Below the pieces are notes generated by a model. That model did no database searches and was not told the DNA's origin. It worked only from the letters and a program-made list of their open reading frames with translations. Made by a program: the position numbers and the translations under genes. This document shows positions 1 to 16,482 of a DNA stretch of 64,000 nt, in pieces. The stretch comes from Octopus vulgaris (lineage: Eukaryota): contig OX597831.1 of assembly GCA_951406725.2 (NCBI GenBank), forward strand, positions 34,038,001-34,102,000. The letters run 5' to 3'. Within the stretch, counting starts at the first letter, position 1, and the number at the start of each line of letters is the position of its first letter.

Positions 1-85
1 CTTCCCTTTTTAAGACATATTCCGGGATAGACAGACAGACAGACAGACAGACAGATATATGGATGGATAGATAGACAGACAGATG

Positions 86-137
<52 letters not shown>

Positions 138-154
138 GGTAGATAGACAAATAC

Positions 155-207
<53 letters not shown>

Positions 208-208
208 A

Positions 209-264
<56 letters not shown>

Positions 265-747
265 GCAGATAGATAAATAGATAGATATAGATAGACATAC
301 AGACAGACAAACAAATAAACAGATAAATAAATAGATAGATCGATAAACATAGAGAGACAAAGAGAGAGAGCGTGCGAGAGAGAGAAGGAGAGAGAGCGAG
401 AGAGAGAGACAAAGAAAGAAAGAGAAGGAGAGAGTGAGAGAGAGACAGAGACAGAGAGAGAGAGACAGAGACAGAGAGAGGAAGAGAGAGAGAGAACTCG
501 TCGCTATTCCTAATAGTTACCTTTAGACCTGCCGGTAACAATATCTGAAGACGGAAATAAAGTTGTCTACTTCAGCTAATGTAGCGCTGTAACCAACAAC
601 AACAACAACAACAACAACGGCAACAACAATAACCACAACAACAACCACAACAACAGCAACAGCAACAACTGCAACAACGACATCAACAACTACAAAAATA
701 ACAATAGCAACAACGTCATCAGTATATTAAAAGATCGCTGGTTGTAT

Positions 748-1148
748 GGCGGCGAGCTGGCAGAAACGTTAGCACGCCGGGCGAAATGCTTGGAGGTATT
801 TCGTCTGCCGCTACGTTCTGAGTTCAAATTCCGCCGAGGTCGACTTTGCCTTTCATCCTTTCGGGGTAGATTAAATAAGTACCAGTTGTTCACTGGGAGT
901 CGATATAATCGACTTAATCCGTTTGTCTGTCTTTGTTTGTCCACTCTATGTTTAGCCCCTTGTGGGTGGTAAAGAAATAGGTATTTCGTCTGTCTTTACG
1001 TCCTGAGTTCAAATTCCGCCGATGTCAATTTTGCCTTTCATCATTTCGGGGTCTTTAAATTAAGTACCAGTTGCGTACTGGGGTCGATCTAATCGACTGG
1101 CCCCCTTCCCACAAAATTTCGGGCCTTGTGCCTAGAGTACAAATGAAA
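748..1148 (+). mobile_element. tRNA-derived SINE family A, dimeric copy
   Basis: Head GGCGGCGAGCTGGCAGAAACGTTAGC (A-box-like), B-box GAGTTCAAATTCC and central GCCTTTCATCCTTTCGGGGTCGATAAATTAAGTACCAG-type block; the body is repeated twice; many homologous copies in this window. Confidence 0.85.
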
Positions 1149-1512
1149 AGATAGCTGGATGTCTTTCTTTTCTGTCACTTGTTTTACTTTTCGCCTGTCA
1201 GTGAGATATAGTCGAATTAATAAAAATTCTTATTTCATTAGAAACGATGTCTTTCCTGAAGACATGATGATTCGTAGACATAATTTGTTCTGCAAATACG
1301 AAATGGGTGACGTTCCTCAGAAATAGTTGCCAAGAAAGTAATAGAATGTAATTCTTCAAAATGAATGATTCACATTGTCTTACATCACACGTAACGTCTC
1401 TCCTATACCAATAAATGTACTCTTACGGAAACATAGTTACAAGCACATATATACGGTTAAAATTGAGTCTATAAAACATGATTCTGTGTTAATTTGAAAA
1501 TTCACACATGCG

Positions 1513-1603
<91 letters not shown>

Positions 1604-1860
1604 GTGTGTGTGCGTATGTGTGTGTGTGCGTATGTGTGTGTGTATGCGTCTGCCTATTTGCGCTCACATATACATATATATGTATACATAATTACAAATA
1701 TATAGTTCACAGATGAGTTCCAGATGAAATCAATAAAAAAAAGTCGCACTAGAGATTTCTTGTGTCGGCTTGCTAACAGCTATATGTCCATCAAATTCGA
1801 GAATGAATAAAAGCAAAGAAAAATTAGTGAAACGCAAAAAATTCAAATATATATATATAT

Positions 1861-3232
<1,372 letters not shown>

Positions 3233-3552
3233 GAAATGAACACACACCCACACACACACACAAACACAGACATATATGCACATAATCATACATGTTATCT
3301 AAGAATATTCATCGTTCTTTATGTTATTCATCTTCTTTTCTATTTCTTTCTCTCGTTGTTTGCATACCCAAGTTTGCCTCGTATTTCATGTTGTTTTCGT
3401 ATTTCACGTTTACGTTTTGTGACGTCCTGTACCCATATATGCACAAATATATATACATATATATGTATGTACATATATGTATGTAGATATGCATATATAT
3501 ATATATAAGTATATTTTATATATATATATATGTATATATATATGTGCGTGTG

Positions 3553-3609
<57 letters not shown>

Positions 3610-3834
3610 TGTGTGAGAGAGAGAGAGAGAGGTGTGTGTTGCGTTTGGCAGGGTGACTGCGTGTATGATGTATTGTTCTTGACTGGACTGCATATATTAT
3701 TGGTTGCTAGAGGTTAAAACAAATCTCCAGGATGAGAGCTAAGCATATTGTTTGATAAAGATATTCAGCTATTTTTGGAAACTTTGCATAACTGATATAC
3801 GAATATAGATGGCCGAAGATAAGGAAGCATGTGC

Positions 3835-3892
<58 letters not shown>

Positions 3893-3893
3893 G

Positions 3894-3961
<68 letters not shown>

Positions 3962-4037
3962 CCAGCCTGTCTGTCTGCCCCTCTGTATGCCTCTTTGTCT
4001 TTCTGTCGGTTTGTGTGTGTGTGTCTGTCTGTATGAA

Positions 4038-4159
<122 letters not shown>

Positions 4160-4160
4160 C

Positions 4161-4195
<35 letters not shown>

Positions 4196-4196
4196 A

Positions 4197-4245
<49 letters not shown>

Positions 4246-4309
4246 ACTCTCTTTATCTATCTACCTACCAGTCTATTTCTCTGTCTCTCTGCCTGTCTGT
4301 CTGTCTGTA

Positions 4310-4342
<33 letters not shown>

Positions 4343-4359
4343 CTCTATCACTCTCTTTA

Positions 4360-4402
<43 letters not shown>

Positions 4403-4999
4403 GTCTATCTAGTTTCAATTTACAAAAACATATCTTTTACGTTTCAAATTTCGCCGTGGTCGACTTTGCCTTTCATCCTTTCGGAGTCGGTAAATTGAAT
4501 GCCAGTTAAGCACTAGGGTCGATATAATCGACTTACCTACTTTTTAAAAAATTGCTGGTATTGTGTCAAAATTTAAAATTAATATTTGGCTGCTTGATGA
4601 AGTAAGTCTTTCAGCATACATCTTCTAGGTCGATTTTCATTGAGCGAGGAAGATCAGTCGACAGAGCATGTGGTAAAATTGCAAACATATTCTTTTCTAC
4701 TCTGTGGGAGGGGGCCAGTCGATTAGATCGACCCCAATACGCAACTGGTACTTAATGCATCGACCCTCGAAAGGATGAAAGGCAAAGTCAACCTCGGTGG
4801 AATTTGAACTGAGAACGTAAAGGCAGACGAAATACTGCTAAGCATTTCGCCCGACGTGCTAGTATTTCTGCCAATTGCCCGCCTTAAAAGTACAAACATT
4901 ACGTTTTGTGACGTCCTGTACCCATATATGCACAAATATATATACATATATATGTATGTACATATATGTATGTAGATATGCATATATATATATATAGAA

Positions 5000-5109
<110 letters not shown>

Positions 5110-5112
5110 ATG

Positions 5113-5149
<37 letters not shown>

Positions 5150-5974
5150 GTGTGTGTTGCGTTTGGCAGGGTGACTGCGTGTATGATGTATTGTTCTTGA
5201 CTGGACTGCATATATTATTGGTTGCTAGAGGTTAAAACAAAATTCCAGGATGAGAGCTATGCATATTGTTTTCCTGAGTGTAAAGGAAAACATGCTGTCC
5301 AAACGTGTAATAACCAAGGGGAACCTACTCCGTGAGGCTATAGATTATCGGTGGTACAGAAGCTATACAACTGGTATTGTCTCGGTGAATGGGGAAATCT
5401 ACAGTCACAATTTGGCTGCCCATTGTTTACAGAAGCTTGTATTCTTAATGCAATCCTTAAACTAAACTAAGAATTACATAAGGGATGTCATAGCCGTTCA
5501 TGTCTTATAAAACATTTTCTTACACATATTTTAAACTTGAATTTCTAGATCTTCATAATAGTCTTTCGTTATGTTAACTACCTCCATTATGTCTCCGATT
5601 TCCTTCCGTATTAAATCCGTTTAGAACATCTCCCCCAGCAATGTTTCATTAGGTTCACGATCATTACATCTTATTTTGTTCCATACTTAATCTGCTTAAA
5701 GCGTACCGATTAATCGTGTTTCATTTTGCTAAATATCTCCATTATACATTATATCTCTGATTTACTTCCATGTTTAAGATTGCTTTAAGCAAAGCACTTT
5801 GAGCCTGTTTCATCATATCAATGATTTCGTTAATGCTTAGAATTCGTTTTTATAAGTTAAAATTGCTTAATGCAAAACACACCAATGATACAAACACCGA
5901 TGATATGCAGAATATATTTTACAGATATCTATTGAGTATTCATTCTTTGCCATACACATAATGAATTTTCTGTG

Positions 5975-6240
5975 AAGGTGCATGGCTTAGTGGTCAGGGT
6001 AATCGGTCACGATCGTAACGTCGTGAGTTCGATTCCCGGCCGGCGCGTTGTTTCATTGACCAAGACACTTTATTTCACATTGCTCCCATCCACTCAGCTG
6101 GCAAAAATGAGTTGTACTTGTAATACAAATGACCAGCCTTGTCCCATTCTCTGAATCTCTCAGAGAACTACGTTGAAGGTACATTTGTCTGTGGAGTGCT
6201 CAGCCACTTGCACGTTAATTTCACGTGCAGGCTCTTCCGA
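5975..6240 (+). mobile_element. SINE family C, diverged copy
   Basis: tRNA-like head TGGCTTAGTGGTCAGG...GAGTTCGATTCC; the 3' part GAGAACTACGTT...GTGGAGTGCTCAGCCACTTGCACGTTAATTTCACG matches 32514-32897. Confidence 0.75.
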
Positions 6241-6367
6241 CAGATTGCCAATGAATTTTCTATAACCAAGCTTCAATTCATCTCTCACTAACTCACCGAC
6301 GTAAAACCTCACCAGTTACGAGCAAAACATGTACTACTAGATTTGCTAGCAGTAATCATGAATATAT

Positions 6368-6588
6368 ATTTCTTTATTGCCTACAAGGGGCTAAACATAG
6401 AGGGGACAAATAAGGACAGAAAAAGGGATTAAGTCGATTACAACGACCCCAGTGCAAAACTGGTACTTTATTTATCGACCCCGAAAGGATGAAAGGCAAA
6501 GTCGACCTCGGCGGAATTTGAACTCAGAACGTAGCGGCAGACGAAATAACGCTAAGCATTTCACCCGACGTGCTAACGATTCTGCCAG
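6368..6588 (-). mobile_element. SINE family A copy
   Basis: Reverse complement of the family A consensus seen at 748. Confidence 0.85.
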
Positions 6589-6844
6589 AATATAGTTAAC
6601 CACGTTATCAAATGTTCGTATGTTCCATGTTTCTAAGTTTTGTTCCATTTTTGTCGAACAGAATTTGGCATTTCACGACGGCATTTCCATTCGGTTTTCT
6701 TTAATGTCTGTCATTGTTGTATCATGTTCGTTGGCACAGACATATTTTTGCTGTGTCTGTGATTGTGCCTGTTTTACGGCGGCTGGATTGCTGATCCAAC
6801 ACCCAACCTTCCTCCTTTTTTTCAATATAACTAATAAATACCCC

Positions 6845-7001
6845 TTTCAGACATTCAGCACCACTTAGCCAAATCGTTGCAGAATAAAAATTAAAACTAG
6901 CAGGGGAGTTTCTCCGGCTGCAAGGACAACCTCATCCCCCCAAACAGCTTTCAAATGGACACCACCAGAGGTGAAAAGAAGAAGAAGAAGAAGAAGAAGA
7001 A

Positions 7002-7094
<93 letters not shown>

Positions 7095-7179
7095 GAAAAA
7101 TAATAATAAGAAGAAGAAGAAGAAGAAGGAAAATAATAATAAGAAGAAGAAAAAGAAGAAGAAGAAGAAGAAGAAGAAG

Positions 7180-7210
<31 letters not shown>

Positions 7211-7640
7211 GGAAGAAGAAGAAAAAGAAGAAAAAGAAGAAGAAAAAGAAGAAGAAGAAGAAGAAGGAGGAGGAGGAGGAGGAGGAGGAGAAGAAGAAGG
7301 ATGAGGAGGAGGAGGAGGAGGAGGAGAAGAAGAAGAAAAAGAAGAAGAAGAAGAAGAAGAAGAAGAAGAAGAAGAAGAAGAAGAAGAAGAAGAAGAAGAA
7401 GAAGAAGAAGAAGAAGAAGAAGAAGAAGAAGAAAAAGAAGAAGAAGAAGAAAGAAGAAAAAGAAGAAGAAGAAGAAGAAGAAGAAGAAGAAGAAGAAAAC
7501 CAAAAACTACATGGCGCAGAAAACATTAACAACCGACATGAGAGAGATCATTACCACCACATGACCGATTCAGAGACCACCGTTTCGAATAGGAACCAGT
7601 GGCGCCAACTTGTTCAATGACTTCGAGAGCGCAAAAGGAA
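6845..7640 (+). pseudogene. Degraded RTE-clade LINE ORF2 C-terminus interrupted by an expanded microsatellite
   Basis: LKLAGEFLRL...TAFKWTPPEVKRR [repeat] PKTTWRR...NRNQWRQLV across frameshifts; matches the RTE W.P..KR.RGRPK..W...R..WR motif. Confidence 0.7.
6975..7498 (+). repeat. Compound microsatellite (AAG)n/(AAT)n/(GAG)n, ~520 bp
   Basis: Directly visible. Confidence 0.95.
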
Positions 7641-8647
7641 CTGATACTGATGCATAATCGCATAAGCAAATATATAATATATACATTCTAAAGCAACTAA
7701 CATTTTAAATTTATCATTTGCTTTTACTGTACGTTCTTTGATAAACGTTTAGAGACACGTATGACAGAGCTGCAGGTACTTATAACTCTGGAGACAAACC
7801 TATAATGAGGATATACTAGCTTTCCATTTTGAAGTAAATAACATGTAATTTTCTCTTCAAGTATTCGTTGATGTAATCACGTTTGGTTGAGTAATCTGTG
7901 GTTCGTTTTGTCAACCATGTACTGTAGTTTCAGGTCGAATATATTTTGTGTGCGGCGAGTCGCAGTTTAAAATTCTCAGGAGATATGCTTCAATTTGAAA
8001 GACGTACGTCTAGGTTATATCATTTGATAAATTAACATTTCCATTTCTGTGGAAGATGACGTGTATCAGGGTTATACTTATAATTTTGCAATTATGACAT
8101 AAGGCATGTGTGAGTCATATACATATATAATTACTCCCACACACACAGAAACACACAAACACACACAGAAACACACAAACACACACATATGGCCAGTGAC
8201 ATGTGTACGATCATCATAGACAAATGTAGGTATATCAAACACAACATGAATTCCAGATTTATCGAAAGTATCTCAATCTCTGAAGACAGTGTCACAATTA
8301 CCAAATGGCAACTGAGATCGGATCCATTTGAGAGGAAGAGATAATCTCAAAGATCAAGAATTCTGATAACAAGAAGAAGGATAAGATTATTGTCTGGAGA
8401 AAAAAGATCGTTTTTCGACCCACACGTTTTTCGACCCATACTTCAATGTATGACATCAGTAGGGTAATTGTCTATGTATGAATGTATGCATGTATGTATT
8501 TATCTATCTATATGCATGCATATATATATATATATAAATTAATAAATATATATATATATATATATAATAAATTAATAAATAAAACATATGCATATATACA
8601 TACATATATATACGTACCTACCTCTAAATGTATATATACACGCATAT

Positions 8648-8960
8648 ATGAGTACAGGACACCAAAAAAAGTCGAACACAATGAGAAACGAAAACATAAA
8701 CACAAAACCAAGGAACTGGACATTTTTCTTAAACAACAAAAAAATAGAGTACAAGACAAATAACACAAGGAAAATTCCCCTTCTTCAGTCGCTATGGTTT
8801 CATCTACTCTGCGTTTCGAAGGTGAAGGCGATACGCATCTTCGATAGAAACTTTCCTTCCCGCGAAAAGCAAATTAAATAAAATTTGAGATCTTTTTGCG
8901 GATGGGTAAAAATGGTAACAAAAACAGGACAGCAACGACAGTACAAAATATAAACAGTAA
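8648..8960 (-). repeat. Unclassified interspersed repeat, possibly a Penelope-like terminal repeat; second partial copy at ~47155-47290
   Basis: Shared ACACAATGAGAAACGAAAACATAAA...ACACAAGGAA.ATTCCCCTTCTTCAG at both loci, next to (TA)n. Confidence 0.5.
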
Positions 8961-10011
8961 AAGACAGGACAAGGAGAATAACAAGACACGAAGGGCTGTT
9001 AAGCCGAACGAAAAAAAGTATTACGAACGCTATTTTTGAGAACGGCGAAGGAGCAACAGAAAATGCTGTCCACACTTCAAGGAAGTCAGGCCAGAAAGAC
9101 CATAGCAGAGCTCTCGTCGCGGGTCAACGACGGGAGGGAGGAGGAGAAGCAAGAGAAAGGGAGAGAAAAAAGGGAATGGTTGTGAGGAAACCAGAAAGAA
9201 TGAAGAATGAGAGAGAGGGAGAGACAGTAAGGTAGAAGAAAAGGAAACCAGAAAGAATGAAGGCTGAGAAAGGGAGGGGACAGAAAGGTCAAGAGTGCGC
9301 ATCATTATTAATATCAAGAACAATCTTACTTAGAAATGGATATTCTTATATTTGCTTCAGTCATCTGACTGCAGCCATGCTGGAGCACCGCCTTTAGTCG
9401 AAGAAATTGACAGCAGGGCTTATTCTTTGTAAACCTAGTACGTGTTCTATCGGACTCTTTTGCCGAACCGCTATTGTTACAGGGACGTAAACACACCAAC
9501 ATCGGTTGTTAAGCGATGATGGGGGACAAATTCGAGCAATGTCAAGTGGGATTGTTGTCATTGTCACTATTTTTTGTTTTACGAATTTTAGGTAATGCCA
9601 TTTTATTTCCATTATAAGGGCCTTTCTTTTTGTATCTACTTTCGTTCGTGAACCGCAAATGAGTGCGATGGGAACGTATTTTTGTAGCACTGTTCACTTC
9701 ACAAATAGATGCCAAGAGGTATGGCTTTCTGGTTGTTGGGATGAAGGAATGTGTGAAGGACCAATCAACGAATAAAATATCCTGATTGTATGTGCGTGTG
9801 TGTGCGTGTACGCGCGCGCGTGCGTGTGTGTGTGTGTGTGTAAAGCACACAGTGAACCGATAACACTCTCCCTCCGCCTTTTCCCCCATATATTCACACG
9901 TGTTTATATTTACAAGCATTAATTGAATCTTAAAACCTAATCTGAACAAAGGTGTATTTTCAATTAACGAATACCCACATACATACGTACGTACATACAT
10001 ACATACATACA

Positions 10012-10044
<33 letters not shown>

Positions 10045-10147
10045 GTTCATACGCGTATATATTCATGCATGCATGCACACATACATGAACATGTTTATTT
10101 ATATATATTTCTATATAAATGAATCAATACCTACTACACAAAGATAG

Positions 10148-10185
<38 letters not shown>

Positions 10186-10409
10186 GCAGTGCTATAATTA
10201 TTCAGAGAATTTTAGACTATTGGCACACATACACACACTCACACACACAAACACTCACACACTTACATGCACCTACATAAACACACATACACACACAATC
10301 TTACGCCTACATAAGCACGCTTACATACACACGCCTACACAAACATACACACACACAGACAGGCACACAGACACACACACAGATAGGCACACAGACACAC
10401 ACACACATA

Positions 10410-10440
<31 letters not shown>

Positions 10441-11187
10441 GCGCGCATATGTATGTATAAATAGATTGGGATAAATAAAAATAACTTTTAAGTGAATAGG
10501 ATTTGATTAGTTTTTTTTTTGTCTTTTCTTTAGTTGGGTTTTGTAATTCATAGCAGTGACACTTTAAGAGTTACAACAGCATCAGTAACAACAACAACAA
10601 TAATATTATTATCATTATTGATTACCCAATTCAATAGAAAACTTGTCACTGAAAAGGATTAAAAAATATATGGGTATACACACACTCACACACACACACA
10701 TACTCGCGTGCACATACACACACACGTGCGCGTAAATACACACACGCACTCACGTAAATCGGGTTTTTACTTATTTCACTCATTCAAACCACGGCCATGT
10801 TGGGGCGCCACCTTTTAATCAAATAAATCCAGCCCAGTACTTATTTTTTTTTTAAGTTTGGTATTTCTTCTACTGTTCTCTTTTGTCGAACCGCTAGGTT
10901 AGTGGGAGGAAAAGAACCCAGCACCGTTTATCAAGTTGTGCTGGTGAGACAAACATAGACTTAATGACACACACACACACACACACACACGTACACACAC
11001 ACACACACGTGCACTCATGCAAAGGATCAAAGTAACTAGCACTGACTCTAGCCGTTACCCTTGTATTCCATCACTCAGTACTTTCGTGCTACTATCTTGT
11101 AGATAATTTTGTGCATGTGTCGTGCAACTGTTGATGGGAATGTTCACCTTCCTCACATCGAATTGGGCTTCTCTCGACTGTTATTTT

Positions 11188-11396
11188 GGGACATGTAAAT
11201 AAACCCTTCCCTATTTTTCCATGACAGAGCTATGTTCTTGCTCGTTCAAGAATGAACAGCTCAAGAAAGTGGCACTCCCCTTTGTAACATGTAAATAAAC
11301 CCTCACCTATTATTCCATGACAGAGTCATGTTACTTCCCTTCTTGCTCGTTCAAGAAGGAACAGCTCAAGAAAGCGGCACTCTCCTTTGTAACATA
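11188..11396. repeat. Local tandem duplication (~100-bp unit x2), possibly within a degraded Tc1-like remnant
   Basis: ACATGTAAATAAACCCT...CAAGAAAG.GGCACTC.CCTTTGTAACAT occurs twice; the adjacent minus-strand NIPI..CTTHAQNYLQD..KVL only weakly resembles Tc1. Confidence 0.6.
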
Positions 11397-12183
11397 TGAC
11401 TACCAAGTCTCTTTGCTTCCTGGAATCAGTTTAGATCCAGTGCATCCTTCTGGCTAGCAACACTAGCAAAATTGTTAGTGAATCCTATTTATGCTAAGGT
11501 GTGAATAGTCACTTTTGAAAATATACCTGTACGTTTAACTGCTTTTTTGCTTTAATGTCTGCATTTCCCCTTTCAGTATTTAGATTCTTTTGAAGAGACT
11601 TAAATGCTACTAACATTAACTTAGATACAACTACAGCTATTTTGGGGGAGTTCAGTTGATACCATTGACCTTAGTATCTGATTGGTACTTTATTTTATTA
11701 ACTTCGTATTAATATGGGCAGGATTTGAACTCATAACTTAAAGAGTCAATTCTGAGAGCCGTCCTCTACAGATACCGCAGAGTCAGTCATGCACATAAAT
11801 ATCCGTTTTTTAATTGCCTAACTGCAAACATCAAAATATAAAAACTTTTTATTCCTCCGAACAGGAACCGAACACAAAAGACCAAAACACAAAACTGCAT
11901 TTCTCTATGGTTTAAGCCCGCACAAATACGGCACAAAGCACTGAATTTGCAAAGTAACCATAGCTTTTCTGATACTCACGAGCTCCTAAATAACACATTC
12001 ATTAACTTCAAAGTAAAATAATAAAAATAAGTGTCATTATTTTAATTATAAAGCAACAACAACTTTATACCACATAAACCTAATGTAGGTAAATGAGTTT
12101 TCATTGCGCTTATTTTATATCGGTCTAAGTGGCGTGGTGTCGTGTGATTTAAAATAGAAGTTGAATGCCTAAGAATATATCAA

Positions 12184-12218
<35 letters not shown>

Positions 12219-12221
12219 CAA

Positions 12222-12862
12222 GGCGGCGAGCGGGCAGATTCGTTAGCGCAAGGGACGAAATGTTCAGCGGTATCTCGCCCGTCGCTACGCTCTGAGTTCA
12301 AATTCTGCCGAGGTCGACTTTCTCTTTCATCCTTTCGGGATCGATAAAATAAGTACCAGTTGAACACTGGGGTCGATGTAATCAACTCATCCCCATCTCC
12401 CCCAAACTGCCCTTGCGGCAAATATTTGAAATAATAATAATTATTATTATTAAGGCGGCGAGCTGGCGGTATCGTTAGTGAGCTGGACGAAATGCTCAGC
12501 GGTATTTCGCCAATTTCTACGATCTGAGTTCAAATTTCGCTGAGGTCGACTTTGCTTTTTATCTTTTTGGGGTCGATAAATCAAGTACCAGTTGAAACAC
12601 TGGGAGTGATGTGTCGACTATTCTCTTCCCACCAAATTCCTGCCTTTGTAGCAAACTTTGTAACCATTATCTTTATTATTACTAAGGCGGCGAGCTGGCA
12701 GAATCGTTAGCACACTAGGCTAAATGCTTAGCGGCATTTCGTCCGTCTCTACGTTCTGAGTTCAAGTTCCGCCGAAGTCGACTTTGGCTTTTATCCTTAC
12801 GGGATCGAAATAATCGATTTACCTCTCCTCTAAAATGGCTACCCTTGTGGCAAAATTTGAAA
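12222..12862 (+). mobile_element. Three consecutive SINE family A copies separated by (TTA)n
   Basis: GGCGGCGAGC heads at ~12222, ~12453 and ~12686, each with B-box and central block. Confidence 0.8.
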
Positions 12863-13190
12863 CCATCATCATCATCATTATTATTATTATTACAATTATT
12901 ATTATTATTGAATTTAAAAAAAAACAATTTCTTTTGCATTTCACAACCGATGGGACTCGATGAAGGTTGTGCAGGAGGCACTATGAGTCGGTCGAACTGC
13001 TTCGCCGTTTTCTAAACCAATCATCAAATAGTTCTAATGAATAATCATCAGATTGCGTTATGGTTTGTTAATTGTTAATTGCTCAGTTTATTTTGGGAGA
13101 AGGTAATTAAGAAGAAATTTAAAACAAAAGAGACCCCCTCAAAAAAGAAAAAAAACAATAGCAAAAATAACTCAAAAGCTTTCCGTTTAA

Positions 13191-13320
13191 TTTGAGGATT
13201 TTTAATGCCTTTTTTTATTTTTAATTATTTATCTGGGCTTTTTGTGTTTGTTATATTTGATTTCGTTATTTTTCAGTTTATTTAGTTAGATATTTTAGAT
13301 TTTAATTATTTATTCATCCT

Positions 13321-13366
<46 letters not shown>

Positions 13367-13724
13367 CGGTTATATACATACACACGCACACATACACACA
13401 CACACACACACACATACACACACACACACACACATGTATATGTATGTATATGTTTGTATGTTTTCGATGCTCTTCGGCTCTTTTTCTTGAAATTACTTTT
13501 AATCATGAGTGGTGGTCGTGGTGGTCGTGTCGACATCCTTTCCATTTAGTTTGAGGATTTTAGTGCCTTTTTTTTATTTTTAATTATTTATCTGGGCTTT
13601 TTGCGTCTATTTGTTATATTTGATTTCGTTATTTATATATTGTTTTTCAGCTTATTTCTTTAGATATTTTAGATTTTATTTATTTCTTCATCCTGGTATA
13701 TATTTATATATATATACATCCGGT

Positions 13725-13756
<32 letters not shown>

Positions 13757-13781
13757 TATACACATCCGGTTATATACATAC

Positions 13782-13846
<65 letters not shown>

Positions 13847-13931
13847 TGTATGTTTTCGCTGCTCTTCGGCTCTTTTTCTTGAAATCACTTTTAATCATGA
13901 GTGGTGGTCGTGGTGGTCGTGTCGTCATCCT
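13191..13931. repeat. Tandem duplication of a ~360-380 bp unit including internal microsatellites
   Basis: TTTGAGGATTTT...GAGTGGTGGTCGTGGTGGTCGTGTCG at 13191-13541 and 13550-13931. Confidence 0.85.
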
Positions 13932-14454
13932 TGCCATCTTCAAAATTATTGTTTTTGTTGTTATTGTCATTATAATTATTGCTAATTCGCCTCCATTTTT
14001 GCATGTGACTATGCTCATCTATCTTAGATCTCTCTCTCTCTCTCTCTAACTAATCTCTTTCTTCCACCTTTTCTTCCTTCCCTTTAACTACCTTCATTCT
14101 TCTCCATTATCAACATCTTTCACTATCTCTCTCTATTCTGACATCCCTCCCTTTCTCTCCCTTCTCTCTCTCCTTCCTCTTCTCTATCTCACATTCATCA
14201 TCTCTCCTCATTGATCTCCTTCTCTTTCTTCCCTCCACTTCTTCCTAACCCCATTTCTCTCACAGTTTTCTAACAACTTCTCTCTGTCTTTCTTTTGAAT
14301 CTCCCTCAGAACTACGTTAAGTGGATGCGTGTGTCTGAGGAGTCCTCAGCCACTTGCACGTTAATTTCACGAGCAGGCAGTTCCGTTGATCGCATCAACT
14401 GAAACGCTCGTGGTTGTATACAGACAGCAGACAAACAGACAGACAATCAGACAG

Positions 14455-14489
<35 letters not shown>

Positions 14490-14684
14490 GCGACTCCGCT
14501 GAGGCACCATCTTGAAGAATTTTGGTCAAACGAATTGAGCGAAGAACTTAGTTTATAAACAGCCGGTACTTATTTTATCGGTCACTTTGGTTAAACCTCT
14601 AAGTCACGACAACGCAAACACAATAACACTGGTTGTGAAGTGGTGGTGGGGCACAACCACAGATACAAAGACGGAGACAAACAG

Positions 14685-14727
<43 letters not shown>

Positions 14728-15189
14728 AACACACACACGTACATATATTTATACATATGGGCTTCTTTCTCTTTCTTTCTGCTACATCCAAACACAACGG
14801 TTTGGTCGACCCGGTGTCTATGTGTCCGTGTTCAGTTCCACTGTACCCGGAACAATACACCTGCGGTTATGTGTGTGTGTATGTATGTGTGTGTGTGTGT
14901 GTGTGTGAAGATAGATAGACGAATAGATAAATAGATAAGTAGATATAGATAGATACATACGTATATATATTTAGTCTTCATTTCTATTTACTCCCGATTA
15001 GCCGATTCAATATCACCACACTGACAAGCCTCAACAACGGCGAAGTACATATGTCTTAATCTTGCAGTCACTTCCGGTGGTATACTATATTTTTTTTATA
15101 CGAAACGTCTATATAGGGAATTTCTCCTACGAAAATCCGTAGCTTCTGGCTTTTCAATGAAATACATACATTATGACGTTATATAGAAT

Positions 15190-15267
<78 letters not shown>

Positions 15268-15428
15268 ACTAATCAGCCGAAATTGCGAGGATAATCTGGT
15301 ACTTGACTGAGGAAAGAAAACTTCGAATGACCCGTCCTTTTTTTCTTTGTATCGTCTATCTGGATGTTTTGTTGTCCCTTTTTGTATCACCTAACTGTCC
15401 GGATATTTTGCGTTCTTGTTCCATGTTG

Positions 15429-15552
<124 letters not shown>

Positions 15553-15701
15553 ATATATACATATATCTGTCTATTTATCTATCTATCTTCACACATACAT
15601 ACATAGCCGCAGGTGTGTTGTTCCGGGTACAGTGAAACTGAACGCTGACACATGGTCATTTAATCGAACAATGTAAGCATTACATCAATTTATATATATA
15701 T

Positions 15702-15736
<35 letters not shown>

Positions 15737-15745
15737 ATGTATGTG

Positions 15746-15781
<36 letters not shown>

Positions 15782-16072
15782 ATGTATGTATAATGTTCAT
15801 ATTAGCGAGAAGTTGAGGTTATTAGAGATAATGGTGTCATTGAGACCCAAAGGTGTCAGGTAATGCTGAATAAGTGCTATAGATAGATCATCGTTAAGTT
15901 CCAGATTCGGTAATGTTGCGAATAAACAAAAACCTCGTATCTGCTACATTCTATATAAATTACCTACTGGGAATGACCAACTTTAAGAGAATCTTACATT
16001 GCTTATAAACTTTACATCTGGATGGACTTTTGGATTTTACTCAAAGGATATTGGAATATTACACATATATAC

Positions 16073-16482
16073 AGGCGCAGGAGTGGCTGTGTGGTAAGTA
16101 GCTTGTTTACCAACCACATGGTTCCGAGTTCAGTTCCATTGCGTGGCACCTTGGGCAAGTGTCTTCTACTAAAGCCTCGGGCCGACCAAAGCCTTGTGAG
16201 TGGATTTGGTAGACGGAAACTGAAAGAAGTCCGTCGTATATATGTATATATATATATATGTATGTGTGTGTGTTTGTGTGTCTGTGTTTGTCCCCCTAGC
16301 ATTGCTTGACAACCGATGCTGGTGTGTTTATGTCCCCGTCACTTAGCGGTTCGGCAAAAAGAGACCGATAGAATAAGTACTGGGCTTACAAAGAATAAGT
16401 CCCGGGGTCGAGTTGCTCGATTAAAGGTGGTGCTCCAGCATGGCCGCAGTCAAATGACTGAAACAAGTAATAGAGTAAAAGA
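16073..16482 (+). mobile_element. SINE family B (CORE-like), full length
   Basis: tRNA-like head GGCGCAGGAGTGGCTGTGTGGT...GTTCAGTTCC, CORE-like ACCTTGGGCAAGTGTCTT, internal (TA)/(TG) tract, tail ACTGAAACAAGTAA.AGAGTAAAAGAG. Confidence 0.85.

Noticed and set aside
690-972. Recurring ORFs such as GGELAETLARRAK...[15 protein letters not shown] and SFRLPNPLTRLWSARG
   Set aside because: Translations of SINE families A and B, repeated throughout the window
8775-8828. Possible type II (permuted) hammerhead GAAACG...CTGAAGA on the minus strand
   Set aside because: Stem I does not pair and there is no NUH triplet
12948-13011. Possible 64-nt minus-strand exon (TTTAG|AAAACGG...CATCG|GTTGTG)
   Set aside because: Weak donor, no recognisable peptide, no partner exons
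15305-15336. CTGAGGA-hairpin-GAAT motif (also ~43627)
   Set aside because: GAAA and the cleavage triplet are not preserved; recorded only as a shared repeat
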